The notes under the pieces are model-generated. The model ran no database searches. It had not been told where the DNA came from and worked only from the letters and a program-made list of their open reading frames with translations. Source: Okamejei kenojei (taxonomy: Eukaryota). Taken from it: 64,000 nt of DNA. This document shows positions 10,838-21,821 of this stretch, piece after piece. Location: positions 17,050,001 to 17,114,000 of the forward strand of contig CM069156.1 of NCBI GenBank assembly GCA_035221665.1, written 5' to 3'. Position 1 is the first letter of the stretch. The number at the start of each line of letters is the position of its first letter. Both the position numbers and the translations under genes were made by a program.

Positions 10838-11166
10838 AGGGCCTGTCCCACCTGGCCATCATTTGCGCGCCATTTACGCAACCTGGTAGCGTGTAGGGAC
10901 GGGCGCATGGAGTGGTGTGGAGGAGTGTGGAGTTGCGCGCGGTATTGCGCAGCGTTCCAGGATTTCGTTTTGCACGAAATCTTCGCACGCCACCGGCTTG
11001 TCGCGTAAATGACGGCCAAGTGGGACACCCTGGAGCAGCGCAACGTCTCACCGCCAACAGCAGCAGAAGCAGGCAAGCGATCGGCGAGCTCAGCCTGGGG
11101 CTCACGGCCGTTGCGGATCCGGATACGCCCCCACTCCTACTCCCAGAGCGGGGCCAAGACGATTGG
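10838..11166. mobile_element. Harbinger-type MITE with a GC-rich extension
   Basis: TAA followed by AGGGCCTGTCCCACCTGGCCATCATTTGCGCG, with an inverted counterpart CGCGTAAATGACGGCCAAGTGGGACA at 11002-11027. The right boundary is uncertain. Confidence 0.65.
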
Positions 11167-11170
11167 ACAT

Positions 11171-11265
11171 AGACATAAAATGCAGGAGTAACTCAGAGGG
11201 ACCGGCAACATCTCTGGAGAGAAGCAATGGGTGACATTTCAGGTCGAGACCCTCCTTCAGACTGA
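11171..11265 (-). mobile_element. Penelope pLTR short unit
   Basis: GGAGTAACTCAG...GGTCGAGACCC..TTCAGACT, matching 14736-14869. Confidence 0.7.
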
Positions 11266-11367
11266 AGAGAAGTGATGTATGGAATTAGAACATGAGCATC
11301 AATTCAAAGGACCTTTTTCTGAGCAGTTACAATACTTTACTACAATTATATAAATAATACTGCAGTA

Positions 11368-11662
11368 ATTTAGTTTAGTTTAGAGATACATTGTGGAAAC
11401 AGGCCCTTTGGCCCACCGAGTCCATGCAGACCAGCAATTGCCGCACATTAACAATACCCAACACACACTAGGGACAATTTTTACATTTACCAAGCCAATT
11501 AACCTACAAACCTGTACGTCTTTGGAGTGTGGGTGGAAACCGAAGACCTCAGGTCATGGGGAGAAAGTACAAACTTTGTACTGACAAGCACTCGTAATCA
11601 GGATTGAACCAGGGTCTCTGGCGCAGTCAGGCAGTAACTCTACCGTTACACCACCATGCCAC
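11368..11662 (-). mobile_element. tRNA-derived V-SINE (HE1-like)
   Basis: Reverse complement of the full copy at 56039-56352, with a (TTTAG)n tail. Confidence 0.8.
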
Positions 11663-13304
11663 TCCATGATATAAAAGTATAATCATTCCAGGAGCAACCA
11701 ACAATATTGACCATTCAAAACAGTGTAATTTAATTTAATGGGCATTATAGAATCCAATGCATAGCTGACACAAAATCTGTCAGTGGCACAAGATTAATTT
11801 GCAGCAGAAAGTATCTGGGCAAACAACACAATTTAAGAGATCTGAACGCCACATGTTCACAGTTGTAATCCTCTCTGTGAAGAGGCTATTGCCAGTCATG
11901 TAGCATAGATATAAATACACTATCAGATTATTCTTCCCACAACTATCCAAACACAGTCACTGTTAAACATATTACTGCTTGTGTTAAGAGCAACGTTATA
12001 CTATACAGAGCAATGTCAAAGAAATGTATTCAACATTTGCCTGATGATATTACTAACTCACCTTGAGGCTAGTATTCCCATAAAGGATAACTAATTTGTG
12101 CTCCTTTTCAATCTAGCTACATTTTTATTTTATTTTTTCAAACCATTTTTTCCTCTAACATTTTTCCTACATTTGATTGCTTTTCCTTTCTATTTTGCTT
12201 CTATTCTTTGCTAGAAGTGGATAAAACATCAAAGCTGACAAATATGTTACGGTTCAGTGAAATATCTTAGTGCAAGTCTGCACAAATCTTCATTCTGCAA
12301 GAATACTGTTATCCACTTACTTTAAGAGCTTATTCTGCTCACAGTAATATGTCAATGTTACTTTCCTCTTAAAGTGCCAGATTTATGAAAATTCTTCCCC
12401 TTACTTTAGAATATTGTTTCAGTTGTGAGCATTCGTGGTCTGTTTAGTGTGGGATTAAATCACCATCAAATGTTTCATTCGGTGGTGTGGGGTGGGGGGG
12501 GGGGGGGGTAGGGAAGGTGGAAGAAACTGTGGGAAAACCTTGAGCAGTTTATACTATTGCCAATAACAATCATACCAAGATGATGGCCAAAATAGATCCT
12601 TGCAAAAGTGTGAGTCATGTATTTACATGAAACGTATACTCCAGGCAGTAAACCTTGGTCATGCAGAGACTCTATCATGCCTTGCTCAGACCTGCAAACC
12701 CATCACCATGGCCACATGACAATTCCTGTGGTTGTGAGTCTGAGAGCCAGCAGGTATCCCAGACTGTTGGCTCTAATGTCTGATCCCAGTGTCACTTAAT
12801 TTCCTCAGGAGGCAGGCACCGTGGTGAAAAGTATGAGCTTAAAATAAAATCAGCGACAAATATAGACAATAAAACAATGAAGTCCTGATCAAAATAAATT
12901 TGGATTTTTATGAACTGCTATCCTCTAGTTTCCACTTCCAGGTTTTGGCTTTGCTGCCTGCAGTTTCACCTCCAGTTGCTGAGCTAAACATACTCCACGA
13001 GATCAGCAGTGCATCGCGAGCTGCTTCTGACGCACAGTTCCAACCATCTCTCTGTGAGTCCATAATTCAGATTTTTCTTTCTGCTCTTTTCAGAACAGGT
13101 TTGAACCTGCTTCAACTAACCTGCAGAGAGAGTTTTAAAATAGCACCAGCCTGCACTTGTAGTAAACTTTTCAATGCACAGCAACACCTCAGGATGGGTC
13201 CCATGAACATTTTCAAGCTAAAATGAATACCGATATTAAAGCAGGCGATCAAAACATTGGACAAAATTCAGATTTAAAAGAAAGAAAGAGCTACCATTAA
13301 TTGA

Positions 13305-14085
13305 CAGTCATACAGCATGCAAGGAGGCCAGGCAGCCCATCAGGTCCACGTCGAACAGTGTGCATCCCTCCATATCAGTTCCATCTTCCAATACTTGGCC
13401 CCTAGCCTTCTCTGCCTTGGCAATTTAATATTTTCCAGACACTTCTTAAAGTGATTCTTCCTCTGCCACTCTCTCAGGCAGTGCATTCCAGGTACTGGTC
13501 ATTCTCTGGGTGAAAAAAAATCCTCCTAGGATCTCCTGGCAGCACAATGGCACAGCTGGTAGAATAATTAAGACAGAAATGAATCCTAGATGATCATGAG
13601 TCTTCTTTTACAGGGTGGTACAGTGGGGAGATCTGCTGCCTCAAAGAGCCAGAGACCCGAGTTCTGATCCTGACCACGGGTGCTGTCTGTGCAGAGGTTT
13701 GTATGCTCACCCTGTGTCCCAATGAGATTCCTCAGGACGCTCCGGTTTCCTCCCACATCCCAAAGTTGTGCGAGTTTATCGGTTGATTGGTCTCTTTAAA
13801 TTACCCTCCAGGTTCAGGAACAGCTTCTTCCCAGCAATCAAGATGCAATCAACATGACAAACACCAGCTAAACCTCAAGCTACTGTATGAACTGCCTTGG
13901 TTGCATAATGGGCTTTGGGTTTTTGTTTTGCTTTGCTTTGCACTATATTGGGATTTTTTAAATATGAATTGAACATTGTTTATTATGTTATCTATTGAGT
14001 ACTCTGCTTACAAATCTGCTGTGCTGCGGCAAGTATGAATGTAATTGTTTTGTTTCAATATATATGACAATTAAACACTCTTGAC
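13305..14085. mobile_element. Cluster of degenerate repeats: CR1 3' end (-, ~13305-13520), V-SINE head (+, ~13535-13805), Rex1 3' end (+, ~13808-14085)
   Basis: Similar to 59940-60170, 56039-56230 and 17780-17975 respectively. Confidence 0.55.
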
Positions 14086-14735
14086 TCCCAACTACCCAGC
14101 ATCCGTAGAGAATGGAAGATGCTAGTTGCATGAGAGTTGCTCAAATATACATTACTGTATATCGCACACTAGTAATTGATGTATAAATCTTTAAATAAAT
14201 TGCCAAACCAGGTCATCTCCTTACCCTTTCAATTAACAATATTTTATATTTTGGATAAATAATATAATGTAAAATACACAGAAATAAGTCAAATTAATGT
14301 ACTCAACATCACATCATGTGTCAACTCTGTGGAGAGTGTGTTGGTGCCAATTAGTCTATTACTGTATGCCCTTAGGGTATAATTATAAAAAAACAAAAAT
14401 GCCTTTTAGTATAACACTTGAAATAATATTCACTGTTGAGCTTTTTTCCCAAAGACACAATTTAATATTCTTAGAATGTTTTGCTGTTTGCATGAGCCAA
14501 ATGCCAACTAAACAAAAGCTTACTGTATATGGAGATACTAATTAAGTGACGATCTTATCATTATCAGGATCTTTGATATCAAAATGAATGAAATAGTTTA
14601 GTTTAGAGATACAGCGCGGAAACAAGCCCTTCGGCCCACTGAGTCCGCATCGACCAGTAACATTAACACATAACAGTACCCTATACATGCTTGGGACTAT
14701 TTGTACACTTATACCAAGCCAATTTACCTACATAC

Positions 14736-14869
14736 TTGTGTGTAAGAAGGAACTACAGATGCTGGATGAAACCGAAGATAAATACAAAAAGCAGGAGTAA
14801 CTCAGCGGGACAGGCAGCATCTCTGGAGAGACAGAATGGGTGACGTTTCGGGTCGAGACCCTTCTTCAG
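14736..14869 (-). mobile_element. Penelope pLTR-derived mini-element with a hammerhead core and 10-bp TSD
   Basis: ACCTACATAC at 14726-14735 and 14870-14879. Confidence 0.8.
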
Positions 14870-14872
14870 ACC
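14839..14872 (-). ncRNA. Minimal type I hammerhead ribozyme-like motif
   Basis: Minus strand reads GGU-CUGAAGA-A-GGGUC-UC-GACCC-GAAA-C-GUC-ACC: conserved core, stem II, palindromic stem III and stem I (GGU/ACC). Confidence 0.65.
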
Positions 14873-15031
14873 TACATACATACCTACCTACCTGTACATC
14901 TATGGAGTGTGGGACGAAACCGAAGATCTTGGAGTAAATCAATGCGGTCATGGGAAGAACGTTCAAACTCCATACAGACAGCACCCGTAGTCAGGATCGA
15001 ACCCAGGTCTCCACTGCTGCAAGCGCTGTTA

Positions 15032-15754
15032 TGCCCCTGTCCCACTTAGGAAACCTGAACGGAAACCTCTGGAGACCTTGCACCGCACCCAAGGTTTCCG
15101 TGAGGCTCCAGGAGGTTTTTGTCACTCTCCCTAATGGTCAAAAGTGGTTTCTGCGTAGTCGAGCTTCTTCTATGTTCGGGCGATTATTTCAAAAAATTCA
15201 AAACTGGCCTCGACTAAAAATAGATTGCTGTTTTAAAAATCTGTAATTTTTTAGTAGAAGCCGGTTGCGATGCTAGTTAGAGGTGGTTTCCGGACGTTGC
15301 AGGTAGTGGAAGGTAAGAGCTCCCTGGTGGAATAAAACTGGGTGAAAAAAAGGTCAATATTAACATAAGCATGTGACCTCTGTCACTCCTGGACGTGTTC
15401 AATCATAGTTGCAGAGTCCTTTTAGCAGAGAAAAGTTTTTTTTCTTACAATAAAAGCCTCCCAGGTTTTTTTTTTAAATCATTCTGAACCATGAGAGCAG
15501 GGAAGGAAGTTAGGTGGATGTTACTAAAAGTACATCTACTGGCATCAGGAGCAGCCCTTTTGCTTCATCAGCCGTTTATTTTTTTTTTAATGCAGACAAA
15601 TCCTCCTCTTGCAGCACATTCATTAGGTTATCATACTGTCCAAGCATCAATCTTCTTTGCAAGAAGGGCTTCACCATCTGACACCTCTTATTCTGCTTCC
15701 TCTTCACCCTTGTGCTTTCCCTTCTGCCTTTCTTGAAAGGCTGATGAAGCAAAA
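15032..15754 (+). mobile_element. Harbinger element left end with a transposase N-terminal relic (partly inverted)
   Basis: TTA followed by TGCCCCTGTCCCACTTAGG TIR. VKPFLQRRLMLGQYDNLMNVLQEED resembles the HARBI1-like transposase N-terminus. Confidence 0.65.
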
Positions 15755-15794
15755 CAGTCAGGTGGAGAGTTTGTGGATAGTTTGTGGATAGGTG

Positions 15795-16022
15795 GTGCAC
15801 TTCTTCAGTTACCTACACCGTTCATCTTTGTGTTTCTATTCAATCTCCTTGAGATTCTCAATACCATTCTTCTCCACACTGAGTATTTATGGGCCAGAAG
15901 CTCCCAGGAGTCTGTTGCACTTCTTCAAGGAAGCTTTGAACATATCATTGGATCATTTTTCTCTGCCCACCTGGCAACTTTAACCCACAACCGAGTGTGT
16001 GTTTCCAAAGTCTGGAGTCAGG
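15795..16022 (-). mobile_element. RTE-type LINE C-terminal fragment
   Basis: Minus-strand FKASLKKCN..SWELLA...VWRR resembles the RTE C-terminal WE.LA.DR..WR motif. Confidence 0.5.
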
Positions 16023-16035
16023 CATGAATTAACAT

Positions 16036-16131
16036 CAGTCTGAAGAAAGGTTTCGGCCCGAAATGTTGCCTATTTCCTTCGCTCCATAGATGCTGCTGCA
16101 CCCGCTGAGTTTCTCCAGCACTTTTGTCTAC
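16036..16131 (+). mobile_element. Penelope pLTR-derived mini-element with a 13-bp TSD
   Basis: CATGAATTAACAT at 16023-16035 and 16132-16144. Begins CAGTCTGAAGAAAGGTTTCGGCCCGAAATGTT. Confidence 0.8.
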
Positions 16132-16144
16132 CATGAATTAACAT

Positions 16145-16423
16145 TACATAGGTTTAAGGTGAGGGAGGGGCATGATTTAATAGGAACCCGAGGGGTAACA
16201 TTTTCACACAAAGTGGTGGTGGGTGTATGGAACGAGCAGCCGAAGGAGGTAGTTGTGGCAGGTACTATCGCACCGTTTAAGAAGCATTTAGACAGGTACA
16301 TGGATAAGATAGGTTTAGAGGAATATGGGCCAAACGCAGGCAGGTGGGACTAATATAGATGGGTCATATTGTTCGGTGTGGGCAAGTTGGGCCAAAGGGC
16401 CTATTTCCACGCTGTATAACTCT
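16145..16423 (+). mobile_element. CR1/HER1 3' end
   Basis: HRFKVR..VVGVWNEQP..FKKHLDRYM, with a GGGCCTATTTCCACGCTGTA tail. Confidence 0.8.
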
Positions 16424-17049
16424 AACAGTGCCTGCTTAACACAACCAACAGAGAAATTCCTTGTATGCCAGTGGGGTAAGGTGGCAATAAAGAAAGGCAT
16501 TAATGGACTTTGTTCCAAAATGATTGTTTTCAGCTGACAGCCCGCATTTCAAAACCTGCCTAAAATAAAATTCAACAGAATGGTGGGCAGGGTGCTCCCG
16601 ACCTCCCATGATATCACCATTGGAAGACGAGGAAACACACTTGTGGACCTCTTTATTCTGTTTCCCTGGCAGATTAAATAATACCCCAGCAGAGAACATC
16701 AAAATAAATAACAATGTCACCTCAAATATTCCTGGCACCGCCTGCACTTCATTGCTGCCTTTTGCTGTCCTCTGTGACTACCTCTGCTTTTGCTCAGACC
16801 TGCAGTGCCCTCTTGTGCCCTCTACAGCTTACCACCCCACCATTCCTCCCTCTGCAGCCCTAAACCCTCCTCCTGCTCTATACACATCCTCCACTACTCT
16901 ACACACCCCTCCCCCCACTGTTCTACATACCCCCCCTGCTGTTGCAAGCACCTAACTTTTGTGCCAGATGAATATCTCCACTAAGCCTGCCCACGTTTAC
17001 AAAGGGCTGAGCCTGAAGGTCTAATAAAGGATGACAAACCGGAACGTCT

Positions 17050-17980
17050 CATGATGTGAAAATCTACGTGGCATCTCAAACTACAGTGAGGCATCATTCC
17101 CAGATGAGCTCAAAGCACTCTATGCACGCTTTGATAGCGAGAACACTGATGTGCCTTTACATGCATCAGGCTGTTATTCATAGACCACAGCTCATCCCCT
17201 CCAAACCTGTTACTATGCTCAGCAAACTCGATCTCTGCAACTGGATCCTCAACTTCCTTATCAACAGAATGTAATCAGTATGAATTGGCAATAACACTTC
17301 CTCCTCACTATCTGCACAGGGGCACCTCAAGGCTGTGTGCTCAGTTCCCTGCTCTGTTCATGCTATACCAATGACTGTGCAGCCAGACACATTTCCAAAT
17401 CCATCTTCAAATTTGTCGACGACACCACTGTTGTTGGCCAATTTATGGAAACTGATGAGTCAGATTATACATAGAAACATAGAAACATAGAAATTAGGTG
17501 CAGGAGCAGGCCATTCGGCCCTTCGAGCCTGCACCGCCATTCAATATGATCATGGCTGATCATCCAACTCAATATCCAGTACCTGCCTTCTCTCCATACC
17601 CTCTGATCCCTTCAGCCACAAGGGCCACATCCAACTCCCTCTTAAATATGGCCAACGAACTGGCCTCAACTACCTTCTGTGGCAGATAGTTGAGGCCAGT
17701 TCGTTGGCCATATTTAAGAGGGAGTTAGAAGGGAGATTGATAGTCTGTTTAATACTACGAACTTCAATTAAACTTTGAACAACAACCTTGCTTGGCTGCA
17801 CTAGGGACTTGGGCTTTGTTTTCTTTACACACTATATTGGGTTTTTATATGTTGAGCTTTTTTTTGGTTTATTTTATATATTATCTATTGAGTTCAGTGT
17901 TTAAAAACCAGCTGCAAGTAAGAATTTCATTGTTCCGTTTCAGTACATATGACAATAAAACGGTCTTGACTCTTGAAAAG
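17050..17980 (+). mobile_element. Rex1/Babar LINE fragments interrupted by CR1
   Basis: LCNWILNFL, GAPQGCVLS and KFVDDTTVVG. The DESDY/RREIDSL stretch is split by the insertion at 17470-17727. Confidence 0.8.
17470..17727 (-). mobile_element. CR1 3' end with a fold-back at its truncation point
   Basis: (CATAGAAA)3 tail. 17633-17672 is inverted at ~17687-17726. Confidence 0.85.
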
Positions 17981-18125
17981 TTTCCCTGGGAAAGGTTTTG
18001 GGTTTATCAGCATTTTGAAGGACTGAGCAGCGGGATGCAGCTCAGCACTAATATGAGCTGTGGCATTTGCAAGGACTTTGGGTGATTAATGTAGAGTTGG
18101 TGGAAGCCAAAGTGTCCACTTTTCT

Positions 18126-18392
18126 GTTAAAGAAGGAACTGCAGATGCTGGAGAATCTTCGAGGGTACACAAAAAGCTGGAGAAACTCAGCGGGTGCAGC
18201 AGCATCTAAGGAGCGAAGGAGATAGGCGACGTTTCGGGTCGAGACCCTTCTGTAGGTTTTTATGTCACGCTCAAGAAGGAACTGCAGATGTTGGAAAATC
18301 GAAGGTAGACAAAAAATGCTGGAGAAACTCAGCATTGCATCTATGGAGCAGAGGGAATAGGCAATGTTTCGAGCCAAAACCCTTCCTCAGAC
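18126..18392 (-). mobile_element. Two adjacent pLTR mini-elements (18126-18252 and 18270-18392)
   Basis: Both begin AAGAAGGAACTGCAGATG. The second is flanked by AGGTTTTTATGTCACG at 18254-18269 and 18393-18408. Confidence 0.8.
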
Positions 18393-18550
18393 AGGTTTTT
18401 ATGTCACGATGGTTCAGAGGAAGAAGCAGATGGTTAAACCTCAACAGATGCACATCAGTTCCTCCAACATTTTCTGCAGTTCATGTACACCCTTGGTCCC
18501 TCATGGTGTCCTAGGGCATGAAATCTGGTCAATGAAATCTGGTCAACGGA

Positions 18551-18732
18551 GTGCTGGAGTAACTCAGCAGGTCAGGCAGCATCTCTGGAAAACATGGATA
18601 GGTGACATTTCAGGTTGGGAGCCAAATTGTCACCCATCCATCTTCTCCAGAGATGCTGCCTGACCTGTTGAGTTACTCCAGCACTTTGCATCTTTTTTTT
18701 GTACACCAGCTTCTGCAGTTGCTCGTTTCTAC
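18551..18732. mobile_element. Inverted (fold-back) pLTR pair
   Basis: GTGCTGGAGTAACTCAGCAGGTCAGGCAGCATCTCTGGA is inverted at 18646-18684. Confidence 0.75.
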
Positions 18733-19439
18733 ACAGCCAATTTTTGTGAACGAAGACCACAAAACAGCTTTTAAAGTACAGCAGCCAGACTCCTTTAATG
18801 CAGGTTTATCTTCAGTTAATTGCTTTCTCGGTGAGAGTTTTGTCACATTTGCACATTGTCCTGCTGCTCTCTAATGCCCCCTGCTGATCAACACAGACCA
18901 ATGCTGCACTTTGCTGCCCTGTCCCTCCACTCTAAAGTCGAGCCCCCACTAGTGCTTTGTGCTGTCCTCTTGTGCTCTAACCACCCCATTTTTGCCCTTA
19001 CCAGGTCACTGCTGCTGTGTTAATCCTCTCCTGTTCCTTGCTGCCTGAATGCCTGCATTTTGAAACATAATAAAAACCAGGTCTGACCACACGAGGATAA
19101 TCCAGCAGTTGGAATTTATTTATCGTGCTCTAATAAAACAGCTGAAAATAGGCATAACCCAGAAGGTATTGCCTCCCTTTCGTCAATCCTTGGGAAATTT
19201 AACCCATGACATTCCAAAAGAGCTTTTTGTAAAGATTAGTAATATTTTTATTCCTGGATAAAACTTCCCCAAATAACATCACACAAATCCAATAACATAA
19301 AATCTGTCCCAGATGAGATTTTCACAGCCACTGACCTGAAAAGCAATTCTCGAGATAGAAAACCAGTATTATTTGCTCACCATTTCCCCTGCTATTTAAA
19401 GGGCCAACGCTCAAACTGCATGAAAGAATCAAAGAGTTT

Positions 19440-20065
19440 TGAGCTACACAGTACGGAAACAGACCCTACTCATCCATTCTGTCCCTGTTGCTGAAGCAAG
19501 TTCGGCCTACTTGCCTGCACCTGGTCGAGATCCTTCCTAACCTTTCCTAGTCTTCAATCCGTCTTAATGTCTTTCAAATTACATAATTGTACATCATCTA
19601 CCACTTCCTCTGCCAGTTTGTTTGTTATAACAGACCACCCTGAGTATGAAAACGTTGCCCAGCAGCTTCATTTTGTATCTTTCCCCTCTCACCTTAAACC
19701 GATGAACTCTAATTTTTGACCGCTAAATCTGGATAAAGGTTTGTGGCTATTCACTGTTTCTATGTCCATGATGATTTTATTTACCTCTATAAGGTCACTC
19801 CTCGACCTCCTATGTTCCAGGGGAAAAAAAGACACAGCGTATCCCACCTCTCCTCATACTTCAAACCTTCCTTGTAAATTTTCTTTCATCCTTTCCAGAT
19901 TAATGACATCCCTCCTATAGCATGATGACCAGGACTGTACATAGTACTCCAAATGCTGCCTTACCGACATCTTGTACACCTGTAAAATAATGTCCCAACT
20001 CTTATACAACACCTTGACCAATGAAGGTTAGCATGCCAAATGTCTTCTTCACTTGACCTAGTATG
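19440..20065 (-). mobile_element. Degenerate CR1 3' part
   Basis: Similar to 35180-35730 and 59940-60278. TACTCCAAATG..CTTACC region corresponds to VRPHLEY. Confidence 0.65.
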
Positions 20066-20752
20066 CGTGGGGTTAGGCAGCACCCCTGGAGAACATGGAC
20101 AGGTGACATTTCAGATTGGGACCTGCTATACGAGAATTCTGCCAGAACAGTCTGTGACCCATAGCTCTGTGGCCATAACGCTATGTTTAAAGCCCATTTG
20201 CGCTGCGGCCGGTGGTGCTATATTTAGAACCCATAGCACTGCAGCCGACAGCTCTTTGTTTAAATTCCCGTGCACTAACCCAACAGTGCTCTGTTTAAAC
20301 CTTTGGGCACCAAACCGGCAGCGCTGTGTGTATTACCTTTACGCGCCAAGTCTGTAGCACTGTGTGTATTGATTTGCACGCCAAGTCTGTGGGGCTGTGT
20401 ATTCCTTTAAGAGCCAGTCTGCGGATGATGGTGCTTTGTTCCCAAAGCGGGGGGGGGGACTCACTCGGATACAGTCCCCTGCCATTGGTTATAGTTTGAA
20501 TTTGGGAGCAGCGTTATTGGCCAGGCCTTACTGGCAGTTATTTCAACGTCTGATATCCTACCTGTGTAAAGGCAGGCGCCAGGAAGCCATAAGGTAGTTT
20601 ACGTATGAGAGGGGTTCACCGACGGGCTGAGTCACGATCAGCGCCACGGACGGAGGCAGAGAGAGGCACAGGTGTGCTGTTGTAAACCCTGCGCATACCA
20701 AGACAAGTATTGCCAATAAAACTGATTTGTAACTAAACAGGCAAGTGATTAA

Positions 20753-21424
20753 ATGTTAAAGAAGGAACTGCAGATGCTGGAGAATCGAGGGTACACAAAA
20801 GGCTGGAGAAACTCAGCGGGTGCAGCAGCATCTAAGGAGCGAAGGAGATAGGCGACGTTTCGGGTCTAGACCCTTCTTCAGACTGGTCAGGGATCAGGGA
20901 AACGAGAGATATAGACGGTGATGTGGAGAGATAAAGAACAATGAATGAAAGATATGCAAAAAAGTATCAATGATAAGGGGAACAAGCCATTATAAGCTGT
21001 TTGTAGTGTGAAAATGAGAAGCTAGTGCGACTAGGGTGGGGGAGAGATAGAGAAAGAGGGAATGCCAGGGCCCGAGGGCTGAGGGAGAGGTGGGAAGGGG
21101 AGGAGACAGCAAGGGTTAACAGAATTGAGAAAATTCGATGTTGAAGCCCAGAGGATGCAGACTCCCGGAATATGAGGTGCTGTTCCTCCAACTTGCGGTG
21201 TTGCTCACTCTGGCCGTGGGGGAGGCCCAGGACAGAGAGGTCGGATACGGAATGGGAGGGGTAGTTGAAGTGCTGAGCCACCGCGAGGTCGGGTTGGTTA
21301 ATGCAGACCGAGCGGAGGTGTTCGGCGAAACGATCGCCAAGCCTCCACTTGGCCTCGCCGATATAGATCATCTGGCGTGTGGAGCAGCGGATGCAGTAGA
21401 TGAGGTTGGAGGAGGTGCAGGTGG
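20753..21424 (-). mobile_element. Penelope (Neptune-type) 3' part: GIY-YIG endonuclease remnant plus pLTR
   Basis: CTSSNLIYCIRCS..MIYIGE.KWRLGDRFAEHLRS..VAQHFN..RKLEEQHLIFR. Confidence 0.9.
20851..20884 (-). ncRNA. Minimal hammerhead-like motif in the pLTR of an ORF-bearing Penelope
   Basis: AGU-CUGAAGA-A-GGGUC-UA-GACCC-GAAA-C-GUC-GCC. Confidence 0.6.
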
Positions 21425-21821
21425 ATAGATGTTTAGATCTAGTAATTGAACTTTGTAATTAGCTACAATTGGGTAACTAACTAATTATATGCTTTAATTT
21501 CAGGTCATCCAAGTAAGATTGTTTCATATTTGTTTCAGAATACTTCAATTAATAATAACTGAAAATTGCTTTCGGATCTCTTAATTTTTAAGAAAGTTAT
21601 GGGCTTTTGACTGTCCTTGATCACAGCTTTTGTGTTAAGTCAATGGAAAAGCAATAGGAAACAAGATGCTAATTTCCAAGTATGAAAATTGGCCATAACT
21701 TTTTTAATACTGAAGATATGAAAGTGAATTAGGTGTCAAATTAAACTTATTTTTATGCTTTATCTGATGGGATAAATTGCAGACTTGATTTTTTTAATCT
21801 CAAAATTTTGTAACATTGCTA
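21422..21821. mobile_element. Right half of the DNA transposon seen at 1743-2779
   Basis: High identity to 2382-2779. Ends TTTGTAACATTGCTA. Confidence 0.85.

Larger units (their letters stand above)
14596..15028 (-). mobile_element. V-SINE (HE1-like), interrupted by a pLTR unit and cut by a Harbinger element
   Basis: (TTTAG)n tail, GGAAACCGAAGATC-like V core and GATCGAACCC B-box region. Confidence 0.8.

Noticed and set aside
20179-20415. CRISPR-like periodicity
   Set aside because: These are degenerate tandem units with no constant repeat/unique spacer pattern, no cas genes, and a vertebrate context.
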